Assembly (NCBI GenBank): GCA_051362555.1
Contig: CM120642.1
Location: 11,222,001-11,286,000 of the forward strand
Origin: Lingula anatina
Lineage: Eukaryota; Animalia; Brachiopoda
Length of the DNA stretch: 64,000 nucleotides
Direction of reading: 5' to 3'
Positions within the stretch are counted from its first letter, which is position 1; every line of letters begins with the position of its first letter. A program made the position numbers and the translations under genes. Below the pieces are notes generated by a model. The model saw only the letters and a list, made by a program, of their open reading frames with translations. It was not told the origin of the DNA and did not search any database. This document shows, one piece after another, positions 35,925 through 49,899 of the stretch.

Positions 35925-38900
35925 ATCCTAGGATTTATTTGATTTATGATTAATGATTTGGCATGTCAACTTTATTTTAGTCATGTAAGAAACTAATAGA
36001 ATGGTTTTTAAGTTTTTTTGGGTATCCACGCTCACTTTATATATAACTTCAATCAGCATATATCAATAATATATAATATCTTAATCATCACACTCCCAAT
36101 TGTTATATTTATCAATGATTCATTTAAAATACAAAGCATATACTTTTAACTTTCACATTATTGGTGTAAAACAAGAACAACTGTTAAGAATATAGATGAA
36201 AGCGAGACCTACTATACATATATAAAATAGTACACTGTTGCAACACCATTTAAACAACACGATGTGATACTGCATTTGAGTAAAAGCACAGCAACATTGT
36301 TCTAAGATTTTGTAATTTAAATGCAGTTAAATATTTCATTTCCATTTGTAATTATATAGCACAAAAAACGTTTGATAAATTATTTTTGGGAATTGTACAG
36401 AGTGGGCTGTTCCAATGTTTTCAAGGCCTCGTCCCACTGTAAGTTGTGGTGATGTGTATGAATTTATAATTTTTCTGATAGAAGAGGCTCTAAAAATTTC
36501 ACTCATTGCAGGTACCTTCAGTCAATATAGAAGAACACTTTGTATTGTTTAGTCTTGAAATAAAAATAAAAAATCAGTGAACATATGTATTGCTAACATA
36601 TCAATTTTTTCTTTAAAAAAAAGGCATCTGTAACCTGTCTAATTTCATGTACCCATAAATACAGTGAAGTTGGATTTGATCTACTTGTAATTAATACATG
36701 AAAGTAATGACATTAACAAGTAAAACCTAATCAAATCTGAAAGAAAACACGGATGTGGAAAGCAGGGGAAGAGGTTTTTCTTTCAAAATTTCAATATATT
36801 TCAGCATAAAGACACTGTCTAATTTGTCACTAGCAATTTGTACCATTTAAGGCTGTAGGAAACAAAGCAGGAAGCAAAACAAAATCAATAAGAGCTACTC
36901 ATATTCCAAGGATATTATCCCTAGGTAAACTTTTCAATTATGGTTTTTCGGAGATACTTGAGAGGAATTTGCTGGAAACCCCATCCTAGGGATATTACAA
37001 AGAGTTTTCCTTTGGGCTGATAATCAGAATATACTTCAATGTTACTGATCACCTTCAGAGCTCATTACAGGTAATTGTATCTTTTGACAAGAAGTACTGT
37101 AAGGGACTGCTTGTACCAGAGAGGACACGTAACTTATTTACATGAGAACATTTTCAAGCAAAACAAATTGAAATCTGAAATGTTTGTTTTTGTACACCTG
37201 GAAATTCAGAAATGTCCTTCAAAGACCACATTTTTCAAAAATATATCAATGTATTTGTTTATCTGAGCTGATGCAATAACAGCAGCGTTTTGAGGGTGAA
37301 ACTATAATACTAGTTTCAAACAGATCTCCTTCATCTGAACAGCTAACATAACAATTTTACACCTATTTAATCACAACAATTAGGCCCCGTTCAGAATAGG
37401 GTACTAACTATGATTGTGTTCAGCAGGGGGAGTAAGTATGAATAATGGGAAACACAGGACAAAAACACATACCTAGTGACCAATGTTTTCAATCCTTGCA
37501 AATGCTGAATTGGGAATAAATGACCAAAAATTTGGTGATTAATGTTTCAGAGATTAATTGCACTTTTTTATGAATCTCCAGGAGGACAAGAGTTGGGCTC
37601 AAAGTTTATTGTAATGACTTGCCCCATATATACCAATATATAATACGAAACAAAGCAGCAAAGCTGTCAAATGTACAGACAAAAAGCAGAAAATAGATCA
37701 TTTTGTCAATTTTGATGTAATAATAAATAATTAAGGAATAACAGCACAGTCAATCAACACTGAATTTTAATCATGCACAACAGGTAATGTGGTCAATAAG
37801 ATTACAGTTTCGGGACCATGAGAGTTCATATTCATATAATGAAAATCCCAACATGTGTAAAATAATATTACATAACAATTGCTTATGTGAAAATACAGAA
37901 AATGAACAGAGCTTCAGGCTGATGGGAGTAAAACTTCACACCTTGAAAATGCCACAGTGTTTGAAAAAAAAATTAAAAAAGAAAACATGAAAAAAAAAAT
38001 TCCAATAAAGCTGCTATTTGAACTTTTAATCTAGCTGTATTAACATGATATGAATAACCCCATTGAGTTTGATAATAAGGCACTGTTATTCATCTATAGC
38101 ATTTATGTTGGCATTACACAAAATATTTTTTTCTTCTGTAACTTATTTGCAATAATAAAGAAGATTTACCTGCATAATTATCACCGATTCCTTATTATGT
38201 GACACTATTAATTTAGACTTTTGCAAATTGTATCTAGCAGATGAAAAATTTGCAAAGTGCAATTTATGGTGAAAAGTAGGTCAAAGGCCAATTTTAAGAT
38301 CATGGGTAGATTGCCAGTATATGACTTTCTATTCAAGTTCAATAGTAATTATAGGTGTATCTCTGCTAATTTTGGAGTATTTAACATTTTATTTTCATAC
38401 TGAATATTGCAATGTTGTACTTTTTGATATAGCACAACTCTTAGACCATATGAAAAAAAAAAAACGTACTGCACCTACAGTATTGACAAGCTCTACAAAA
38501 TGTAAATCTAGCTTCTACAGTTCCAGAATTAGAAAGAATTTTTAGTTTCAGCATCTAGTGGCTGATTCTTCCGTGAAAATGCACCTAGCGACCCCAAACT
38601 CATGAAGACAAAAAGAGACCCCAGTGTAACTCCTCACCATAATATAAAAGCAATGGTCTATTTAGTTTCTGAAAATTGGTAAAACAATTTTCAATTTGCA
38701 GAAAATTAACATTTTTACAATATTTTTGCCCATTTGACGTTGAAATAAGAGAGGAGTGACTGAGAGGCAGTATCATCAATGCATGTCAGCTGATAAAAAT
38801 AGCCAGAAATAAGAGAGAGAGAGAGAGAAAGAGAGAGAAAGAGAATCAATAATGATGTCAACATTTGTCTGTCAGCTGACAAGAATTATCTGGGTTATAA

Positions 38901-41900
38901 AAGCCACCTACCCCAGATATGACAAAGGAGTGTGTCAGCAATCAAGAAAGATAAGAGGGAATTCCCAGTGTTGTATAAGTCCGTTCCCTCCACTTAGCAG
39001 CATGCTGTGCCATGTGACAGTGAGCATGCCACCTGTAGCAAAGATCTCACAGGGAACCACGCTGTGTTACCAAACCTACCATTGTTTCTGCATGTGCTTC
39101 TCTGCAAGTTCTAGCCACACGTAAAAAATGACTTTATGTAAGCCAAAATAGAACGTGGAAACACCATGCTCATCATGCTTAGAATTAAATAAGAGAAATT
39201 TGTCTATTCCACTATAAATATGGCTCTTAAACAAATCTGTAAGTCATATGTTCAGGTGTTTCTCCAACAAAGTAACAGTGACTCTTTACAACTTACTGGA
39301 CACACACAGTTGATCACTGTCAGACAATACAGGTAAGTGGTACTTCTATTTATATCACAGCCTTAATGAATTATTAACTGTGCAAATGCTGTGAAACTAT
39401 ATCAATTATCACTGTAAAGAAGACTTGTTGCTAATTAAATTTTAGTCTGCATTTAGACAAAAAAGACACCTGAAGCAAAGTAGTTGATAAGTGTGATTTT
39501 TTTCTCAAAATTGACTAATTCAGGTGCAGCATTTTCTAAATAAAAAATCTGATTTATTCTTTTACTATCTTAACTTTTCGATTTTTAGTCAAATTTCTTA
39601 CACATATCTCTGAGTCAATGTCTTCTTGATCAAGGACCATTGTAAGTGAAACTGAGCCAGCAAAATGAAAATGCTTTTGTGATCAATTTGATTGTTAGAA
39701 TTTATAAAATCAGTAGCTCCAGCATTGTAAACATATCGGATTTACGACTAAAAGAAACATGGTTTGACAATTTTATATGGTAAGGTGGGGATAATTATAT
39801 CATTACTAATGAATAAAATGGGGTTTAATTTTGAAATCAGATAAACGAACAGACTTTTGCCATCAGATTTTCAGTAAGATTTATATTTGTTTAATTGAAC
39901 AAGTGATTGCTATCTTACCTGTGGCTTGAATTTATTTGAATTTATGTAAATCAAACATATCCTAATGAGAATTAATTAACAGTTGATAATTCCTGAATTG
40001 AAAAAAAATAGTTTGTTATTGAGACTAATAATTTATTTTTTAACATTTTAATAAGATTACTATTTTTCCTTCTTTCTTTTAGTCCGATATAAAAATTGGT
40101 CAAAAAAGGGCCATGAGAATCAGAGAAACTGAATGAGTCAAATGATGTCTGAATTCATCTTTTGTGGAATGTTGCACTTTTATCAATTTTCCTTCACAAA
40201 TGGAAGCTTCTTTAGTTGTAAGCAATAGAATCAACTTTAACCAAAGCTTTGGTCATGTCAGATCTATTATTATCTAATCCAGGTCCAAATCTGAGGGGCA
40301 TTTTGCACCATTGGTAAAAAAAAAAAACAAAACAGTAAGCATACAGCTGATCATTCCATATTTAGAAACAAATAGAAATATCCACTGCTAATTATTTCAG
40401 AATATATACTTCTTCTGGTGAATAGACCATTTTTACAATATTGGGTTTTCGGCCTAGAAATGGCAAGCTAAAATTATATATCCTGTAGTTTTGAACAATA
40501 TTTTCACTCTTTACTTATACGTAGTCAGTGTACATATGTCAACTATGCCACATTATCAATGATAAGACAATATAGTTACTTTTTTTTACACACTTTCTAT
40601 TAAGTTTATAAACTTAGCTTCATGTACAGCGTAGGGGACCTGTTCAAAAGCTTACAATAACATAACAATAACAGCATTCTCCTACACATATTGTGTTAGA
40701 CTTTCAAACAAAATGACTTATAATTATGAGTCAACTCAAGATGTAACCTATTTATATCTTGTGGTAAGTGGTAATATATCATTCAAGGCTAAACAAATTT
40801 CAGTTTTGCTAATAATGATTTTCACCAATTTCACATTGTTCTCTTTTAAATGACAAACTAAGCAAAACGAGAAATATGAAAGCAACAAATATAAATCAAG
40901 AAGGGACTTAAGTTATGGTAGTTTATGCTACAGACTGATACAAGCAATGCGGTCTTTATGCTAGTAAGTGAAGTCACATGTCCTCCTGCAGATTGGTCTA
41001 CTATTAGATGTTACCCAGGTAATATTAGTCTGTCACCAGTGGCAGGCCGAGATACTTCCCCTCGTCAATTTTAATCAAAGTTTGCCTAAGGCATCACTAC
41101 AGCCACAATATTGCCAGTAACTTCTCTGCAGTCTACAGTGCTACAAGTGATGATCAAGATCTCTCCAACAGAAGCTTTCTCAGATTCTGCTGCTGACTTC
41201 TATGTGGTTTTGCTGGATGTTCATCGATGAAAATGAACCTCCATGACCATCAAGCAAAACCCACTATAGTCAGTACAATCTACATGATCCAAGAAGATGA
41301 AGAAAAATGTACTTGATTCAGCAAAATATACAAGAACCATGAAGATTAAGAGAAAGTAACTGAAATCACCAAAACCTGCAGTATTTACAAGAAGGAGGAG
41401 CTAACCACAAAAAACAGGAAAAATTAACAGGACACTTTTGTTATATAGAGCAGTTAGGATGAAGTCAATTAAAACCAACCTTAGTTAATATGCCATTTCC
41501 ATTAGGCCAAGCCCATTCAGTTGCTGAATCACAATATTGCGATGTGAAATCGCCTCTACCACGTGAATACAACCAAACGATTTATCAGTAGCACTTACCA
41601 TTTGACATGTGTAACACTTTTGCAATCTTCTTCATTGTCGTGTCCATTTTAGATTCTGTATTGTCCATTTCATGACCAAATTCATCTAACATCCTAAAAT
41701 TTGATTCATTAAAAGATTTGTAAATATGTCATTTATTTTGAAGTAACACACACACCTGTGACTGTGTGTGGGGAAGTACATCATGCTTACATCAATTTAT
41801 TCATGTATCTGAAATCTAAATTCAGTTTTGTTTAACCTCTTGTTTCATGTTTAATGGTGACGGATTCCCAGATAGAGATGAAAGAGGACCTTTAAAAAAC

Positions 41901-44900
41901 AAGAAAAAGAGGAAATAAAAGCACTGACGATGCACAGCTCTATGTTGGGGTGAGGGTGGGGGGTGGGGAGCAACAGCCAAATATCCAGATTCCCTGAAGA
42001 CTTTCATCTGTACCCAAAGAAGGTGTTGGTTTGGAGGGCATCCAGAGGACGCTTCTAACCTGGACTACTGTTCCAATTATGAGGACTAGGATATAAGTTC
42101 TATCAATATTTTCCAAATTTACTTACACTGATTGCTCTTCCAATTCATTGTGTATTCTGTGGCTCATGTCTTTCAAGACTCCTACACTGGTCCCTATGTT
42201 CTCCAGGTGGGTATCTTGTGTTTTGATCATCACCTGGAAAATATACAGTATTATTAAATATAATGGGCATAGAATATGATGTTATATACAGGGATTTGAT
42301 ATGCAATATACTACATAGTTATCTACTTCCCTGACATCATCAAAAACATAATATCTACTTCCTTGACATCAAAATAAAACAGTATCTACCTTTGATGCAA
42401 CCAGCCGTACACATGATGACTTAACATTGACACAAAGCCAAGTCGATGTCATCAGATAAATATGGAAACTGGCTTTCCATATGCTTCACATATATTCATG
42501 GAATAATTACATCGTATCAACTTAACAAATAATTGACCTCATCCAAAGTCAATAATTGTATATTATAAGTTTAAATGCTTATCTCATTATCATTTAAATG
42601 GTGATTTTCATACATATTTATGTATCATTATCAGGAAAGCAGAAAAGACCTAGCTTCAATTTAAAACTTATATTATTAGTAATTTCTTTGTATTCATTTT
42701 TTAAATATCACTAAACTGAAGTGCAACTGTCAAGATATTGAAACAATGAAACTATATGCTTTCTAACACCCCCCCCCCAAAAAAAAAAAAAAATTATCCT
42801 ATTAAAAGTATCAAGTTGATATAAAAAGTTAAAAATTAATGACACCATCACAGTTTATATTATATATAACATCATTTCAGGCCAATTTATTACAGGCAAC
42901 AAAAATGCCTTAAAAGTTGCTACAATAACACCTTCTGAAAAAAGTCAATTCAAAAAGATAACATTTCAAAATCTAATAATGAAAACATGACTGGTGTATA
43001 AATATCTTTAATTGCAACAAAACATGGATCAAAAGTCTATCCTGACATTTCTACTCATGCACAAATAGAAAAATTATCAGGATTGTACCATGTAACTTGA
43101 GAATTAGGAGCGATAAGATTAAAGACCTTTGGGGGTTATATTTGTACAAGCTTCAGGAGTGAAAGAATAAGTATAAAAAGGACAGAGCAGACCATAACAT
43201 TATACTGTATTATCTCATTTCATCCCTCTGGCTGAGTCAATCTAATATTGGACAGAAAGGGAATGCAGATACACTGTTCTAGGCTGATCAGAAAGTTCCA
43301 TTTAAGGCATATAGATAGATCATTTATTTCAACATGTGTAGAGAGTGAAAAACCTTATGATAGTATGTAACATACACCTACTCATTTCTCTTTGCCAAGT
43401 GTCCGCCTCTACACTCTATACATCATATGTTTTGTAGAAGTATTTGAAGCAAGAAATAATGGTATATTGCTGTTAAGATAATTATATCTCAACGGTGTCT
43501 GAAATGATCTATAACAGTTTTCAACAAAAACACATGGTTTCTTATCAATTTTTATTTAAAAAATTGAGCTTATTTAGTTAATAAATAATTAATAAATGAT
43601 AATGAAAATTGAGCTGTTTTGGCAGAGGTCTGTAATCTCTGGTTGCTTCTCTTGTTTTAAATTATTTATTTATTTACTTTTGGTATGCCAATTATGATCT
43701 CATATTTCCCTCTCAAATGCTAGAAAGACAGATGGCAAAACAAGATTTGTCTTGAATTTACATATTACCTCTGCAAAGGAGGTTATGTTTTGGGGTCTGT
43801 ATATGTCTGTCCGTCTGTTGGCAACATAATGCAAAAAATGTGGAAAATTTTAATGGAATTTTAAGGAACTGTTGATGACTTCATAAGGTGACTCTAATAT
43901 GAAGTCTAATGTGCTACAAGTGATGACCAAGATCACTCCAATGTACTTTGTTTTCTGGTATTAATTCATTTTTATAACATAATTACTCAACAATACACAG
44001 TGCACATATTGAATATGTACCAATTGATGCCACAATGATGGCAATTTATAAAACTAGACAGCAAAGCTGAAAACAGACACCAAAGAGGAAGTAACATCAA
44101 GAAAACACATGCAAAAAATTAATCATTACCATAAAAGTAAATAGAAATATGGTTTGTTACTTAAATGAGGCAAATGTCATCAAATCTGTGCAAAGAAAAA
44201 AAAAATTGTTGCAGTAAATGTAAAGTGATCATGCTAATTTTTGAAAGCAACCTGCCTCTTTACCAAACAAAGCCACTCAGTAAATTAAAAGTAAAACAGA
44301 AAATACAGTTTTGCAGTAATGGAGCAAACAAAACGTCACCAAATTTGTGCAAAAAAACAGAATAATTACTTGTACAAAAAACCAGAATAATTACCGTAAA
44401 TGTACACCAATCATGCCCATTTTCAAAAGCAATCTGCCTCTTTACCAAACAAAGCCAGTCAATAAATTAAAAGTAATGAAAAAAAAAGGGATAAGAAGTT
44501 ATGGGGCGAACGTCACCAATATTGTACAAAAACCAAGAATAATTACCGTAAATGCAAACCGATCGTGCTGATTTTGGAAAGCAACCTGCCTCTTTACCAA
44601 ACTCTTTTGGCAGTTATGGGGCAAACGTCATGTGTCGGACACTGACAGCAACGTGACGACACGGACAGACAGATCAAAATATATAGATTCAGACACTTAA
44701 AGTGCCTGTATATAATAATTTCAATGTGATATTTTTCATCATACTGGCTCTAATCCATAGAGAATTAGGCTCATACTCATGCAAAACCAGTTTTTACCAA
44801 ATGTAAACATGCCTAATATCTCACCTGCTGCTGTTGATTCATGTCATCAATAAATCTCTGGTTTGATTCCACTATATCATTGTCCAATCTATGATATCTG

Positions 44901-47535
44901 TTTTGCTGTTGGCCAGAGCCATTGGAATGCAACAGTGACTGAAACAAACAAAATAACAAACTTCCATTTCAATATGTGACAATATTGTGTAGGGTTGCTT
45001 TTTCAAACTATCAGTAATTTCATAAACAAATTCAATCATGCAGATTTTTGGTAGAAAACTGCCTTTTTATCACATAAAGCCACTTAGCAAAGTTGAAGTA
45101 AATACACAGATTGGCCCTTGGGGAGCAAAGGTTGGCACAATTCACTCACAAAGAAATGCTATTAAATAAAAATTAAATGATATATATGTGTACCAAGTTG
45201 AATTTCCAAATTACCCAGAAGTATCTTACATATTAATATCCTGCTTTCAGATTATTTTTGTGGCCACACAGAGAAAAAAGTTCATGTCAACCTAGTCAGC
45301 ATCATAAGGTTTACCCTCAAAATGCATAACTTGAAGATATATAAAGAATATATCATTATCACAAATCACACCAGCCATGGTCACTGCTAGTATCAGTGCA
45401 TGTATTAATTCCCTTACTAACCTGTTTTTCTCTGGAATTGTCTTTGATTTTCACTCTTGGGTTGGCTAAGTGATCTTTCATTTGCTGGATAGAAAATAAA
45501 TTTAATTTTGTCATGCTGTTATGAATTTTGAAAATTACAAAAGTAAAAATCCAACGAGGCACTGTGAAACATGAATTTTTCAATATTCACCAACCGTTCT
45601 TGTAAAAGCTCTGAATTACTCATTGTAAAGATATCGCGATTCTTTAATTGGTCTTAGTAGTAATCTGTCCATATATGGATATACTGTTCAATAACATATG
45701 CTAAATATAACAATGGGTGGAGAATTGTCATTAAGATCTTACTTTTACTGATGATCTTGCATTTTCTATAAATTTTCTCCTTTCCTGTATTTCACCAGGT
45801 CCAATTTTAAATTTCCTGGGGTTCTTCTCAACTATTCGTACCAGGATTAAGGAAAACAACAACGTTTTCGAAATAATTTGCTAAATCACAAGACAGTGAT
45901 AGCCTGACTATTCAGCACACAAATTTCCCTCAATTTGTGTGTGCTTTCCTTTCTTCAACTCTGATGTCTGGCACACCTAGTTGAAACTGTTAAGGGGTAA
46001 TTAACTATCATTTAGCATCTTCAGCACTACTGTTATTGTGGGTATTCAGAAAATGTAACTAGCACAAGTTCCAAAACCATGTCATACCTGAAAATTCCAG
46101 TTTGTAAAGAATGGAAAATTAGTATAAAAAAAAAAGATTTCAGGAAAAATATTCCAAACAAACAGGTTTCTGCACACTGATACATTTTAGTCCTATGATT
46201 TATTGCTATATATTTAAAAATAGTGAGTGCATGAACAAAAAGTCCAGGAAAGTGCACAGCCACATCATGATGATGGTGAACTCAACAATATGCAGCTGAT
46301 GGCAGGTCTCTGCCAATACAAAAAGGAAAGTGGAAAAAAGCAAAAAGTAATCTCTTTCAAAAACTTGTGTCAAAGGGATATCAACTGTCTCCTCCAGATC
46401 TTCCAAGTCCCACTCAATGCTGCGTAAACTATTTCTGAGTTCATTCAGGGTCCATTCATACTCCTCACTGGCTCCTGTACCCCCAACCTCCAACAGCTCA
46501 CACCAACGGTCATATAAGCCCCTGGATGTCTTCAGGGCCTTTTGCACCTCCCTTTTGACAGAAACAAATAAAGAAAATAAATGTTCAGCTGGCATTAACC
46601 TAAGTGTATTGTTTATTTGTAAATTAAGCTGAGATAAAGTGACAAATTTTACTCAGTACCATGTTATCATGTATTTTCTGGTCTATTGGCCCTTTAAAAA
46701 CTTTTCCAGGCATTTTTTTTTTCTAAAAGCATCGAATACTTGTCCATTTCCAAAATGACATCAAAATGAGTCAACTAGCATATCAATGTTTAATCACTGC
46801 TCTGTCTCATACTAATGCATCCTGCCAAAATAAGTATCAAATAGGATGCTAAAAAGCTAGGTATATCTCAGATGTGTATTCTACTAATAACTGTAAATCA
46901 AATGAAATTTGGCATAGAAAACTTTTCAAAAATATAATGAAATAATTATTTTAAGTTCCAAACACATTTTTGACATATGTAATAGAGAATAAAAAAGGTA
47001 TTGTATATTCAATGAATATTCTTTCAGCAAGGCTAGCATTTAAATTATTCTCACGCCACCCACTCATTTTAACTGCTCTACTACAGTTATATCTAAATTC
47101 CTTTACATTATTTAAATATATTTTCATGTGAGAATTTCATTTTCTTTGTTCTGCAATCAAAATAACAAAAATAAGTTCTTTCAACAACAGGTAAATCAGA
47201 ATTATTACCACTACAATACTGCACTGATTTGTTGAATATCCAGACAAGAAACAATGGCTTTAAATATAAAATATCAGTTCTGTAGCACAGCGTGACAAGC
47301 GATGATATGGACTGCCTTTGTCGTGCTGACGTTAAACTGGGCACATATCCGTTGATCCAGTTCATACTTATTCTCTGACCAAAAATAAACATCTACTGTC
47401 GTCTGTCGAGTATGTTATTATTAATATTAGTAAACGTACAAAATACACGGTGTCATTTATCGCGCTGACGTTAAGGAAGCAAACGTCAACTCATACTTAC
47501 TCTCTGACCATAAAAAACGGATCTTCTAAAGACAT
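34548..47535 (-). CDS. STX6: Syntaxin-6 (Qc-SNARE), 8 exons, 252 aa
   Basis: Exons 47501-47535, 46382-46551, 45743-45837, 45422-45484, 44825-44938, 42127-42233, 41599-41693 and 34548-34627. Motifs [32 protein letters not shown], the SNARE motif [24 protein letters not shown], and [24 protein letters not shown]. Confidence 0.97.
34660..35120. repeat. Decayed ~130-150-bp tandem subrepeats (gaaggtcaatgtgacc..tttgacc..aaaatcaatag type), probably a Helitron/Helentron-associated remnant
   Basis: The motif recurs near 34735, 34862 and 34997. Confidence 0.55.
37650..37950 (+). repeat. Dispersed repeat; second copy at ~50275-50490
   Basis: Shared gcagcaaa.ctgtcaaatgtac.gacaaaaagcagaaaata, attttgtcaattttgat, ccatgaga and ttcacac.ttgaaa.tgcca in the same order and orientation. 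Confidence 0.7.
44052..44715. mobile_element. DINE-1/Helentron-like non-autonomous element with three ~150-185-bp internal tandem repeats
   Basis: aaagcaa.ctgcctctttaccaaac at ~44243, 44427 and 44578; ACAG microsatellite at ~44660; terminal hairpin cagacactt/aagtgcctg; AACTAG at the other end. Confidence 0.6.
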
Positions 47536-47639
47536 GGCTGCTGTTTTACAATAAAATCACAAAATGGATGTTTTAGTGAAACAAATCTGGGTCAAACGTG
47601 AAAATATTTCTACCAAATCGTCGCAGCCGTCACCTCCTC

Positions 47640-47712
47640 CACCGGAAGTCGTGCATCATTGATGGTTTTAGTCATGTGACGTTTGACGTCAGATTTTACG
47701 AGGGAATCCCGT
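47640..47712. promoter_or_regulatory. STX6 proximal promoter motif cluster
   Basis: CCGGAAGT (ETS) 47642, GTCATGTGAC (M-box/CLEAR-like) 47671, TGACGTCA (CRE) 47684 and GGGAATCCC (kappaB-like) 47702, all 100-180 bp upstream of the ATG. Confidence 0.55.
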
Positions 47713-47838
47713 CTATAAATAGATTATAACCTCCAAACGTCCTAGAAATATGTTGGTTCGTATCATTGATGTAAAACTGTCACTTTAAATAAATATCAAG
47801 ATGAATGAAATACTACTTTCAATAATTTCTCATTACAA

Positions 47839-49113
47839 GTAGCCCTAGCGCGAAATTCATGTGTAAGCACTCCTTTTACGGTTTCTGATATTTTCTCTGT
47901 ACTAACGCATGAGAACAAAGACTTCAGAATTTTTGACAATAAATGTAAAATGATGACCAGTCTATCGCGATGAAGGAGCTCTCATATCTAATCTGTCATC
48001 TTCTTAACTTTCATACTCCTGTAAAGCCAACCAGTTTTCTCGTTGACATAAACATGATTAAGTTAAGAATAAGATACATCTGCATGTCCACCTTTCATCA
48101 CCCAAACCCAATATAGAGGTGCAATTGATGCCACAGGCATGCTCTTAAAATATTAAGTGCACCGATTGTAAACTACGTTTGCTTATTTTAGGGTCCCACA
48201 TGAAGAAATATGTATCAAAGTTTCACTCTCCTGGAACCATGAATAATAAAAAATAATTCATCGTCTATCCCCAAATAGGAACGTATGTTACTGTCACAAA
48301 TGCAAGACATCCAGCTGTGTAACATTTTACTCCCTTTGAAAATTTAATCATCACTGGTTTTATCTCCTACATGTAAAACATTGTAAAAAACTGTAATAAT
48401 CTTCTGTATAGAGTAGTTAATTGTTCTTGAGGAACTTTAGTTTGCTTGTCACTGTATATTAAAAAAGTGGGGCAAATACCAACAGTAAAATAAGCATGAA
48501 ATTAATTATTTTCTCCTTGTGATCCAAATATTATATCAGAAATGTCAAACTATCCTGGAATCACAATATATATTTTTAGTTGGTAACAGAAAACCGTTTC
48601 TTATTGCATCAAGTACTTGAACAAAATTAAACTTTTTAAAAATTTTTCTGGGGGAACGTATATGTTACCTAGTATTAGCCATGACACAAAGCCCCTTGAG
48701 TTATAGTTTAAATATTAGAAAAAACATTCTTACATCATGTATAATTTACCATGACTGAATCACTAAAATATATATCGTAATGAGGTATGTATATTAAAAT
48801 TTAATTGACCCAGAACATACATTACCATACGTTTCCGGAACATACATTAACATTTAGGGCTCTTTGCATAACGTAAAGACATGGTAAAAATTAAAATCTG
48901 AATTTAAATTGAGACAGTCATTGATTTTTGTTCCATACACATATATGTTTTAAAAAATTCAATACAACTTTGAATTCATTTAATTTTACTTTTGGACACT
49001 TCAGGATGTGAAATGCACCCCTATATTGGGTTTGGGTGTCATGCGTTAGCACAGCGTACATATCAGATACAGTAAATAGGAGTGCTAAAGCATGAATATC
49101 GTGTATAGGTAAC
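47839..49113. mobile_element. Older MITE with ~75-bp TIRs, interrupted by the 48099-49038 element
   Basis: Left arm cgaaattcatg..agcactcct..tctgatat..ctaacgcatga is the reverse complement of the right arm at 49039-49113. Confidence 0.75.
48099..49038. mobile_element. Non-autonomous DNA transposon with CAC...GTG termini and a 4-bp TSD (Chapaev/CMC-like)
   Basis: TIR cacccaaacccaatatag(a/g)ggtgca at both ends, TCAT duplicated at 48095-48098 and 49039-49042, and internal gaac.tatgttac-like subrepeats. Confidence 0.8.
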
Positions 49114-49899
49114 CCTATTAATCTCCCCTTTAATCTTAAAGGTATCCTCTAATTTGTGCAAAATCAAAGTTTTCCTTGAAATTTAATGCTTTAGACCATT
49201 TCTTGTTAGGCTTTGGGACAACAAACATGGATGGTACACTGTGTATGGCTTTAATGTACAGGTACTGGGAGAGGGGGGTTGTCCTGATACCCTAATTAAT
49301 GTTAATGATGAGTTAATATATTAAGTTTATTGATTTGTTGACTTATTATTAAACTCATAAATTAACTTACTACTTAATCAACACCCAAATATAGCCATTT
49401 TTACCTATCCTGAAAAAATTTAAATCAAAAGCTCTCCAAAGCCTTTTGTATCATGTTACTATGAACAGACAGACAAATAATTCACCATTAATTAATAAGA
49501 GAAATACCAAAATCTAATCATTTTTAAGTAAGCCCATTTCTGACCTGTACTGTACTGAAAAATTCATTAAAACCCATCCATGACTTTTTATGATAGGCTA
49601 GTAGTGACAAACAGACAAATGAAGGTGAAAACATAACCTTTCTGGCAGAGGTAATGAAACAGTACTTACAATATGAAATTGACATGGAAAACACAAAATG
49701 AGTTTGAAAAGTTCCATCCATAACAGAGATAAAAGCAAGTAAGCAACCTAAATAAATTTTATTCAAAACATGAATGCCCTTCTGTTTTCATTCTTAGCAA
49801 TAGTTTTCTTCAAAATAATAGGATAAAAAAAAAAAAATTTTTGTGATCACAGACTGATTAATCGCAACAATAATAGTCATTTTGGCAAATGGAGTCTTA

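Noticed and set aside
41822-42007. 61-aa ORF after an AG within STX6 intron 6
   Set aside because: Splicing it onto exon 6 gives an immediate stop, and it has no homology.
41137-43942. ~30-bp near-duplicate gtgctacaagtgatga.caagatc.ctccaa at ~41137 and ~43910
   Set aside because: Too short and isolated to assign; no convincing snoRNA box pair with terminal stem found. Probably a repeat fragment.
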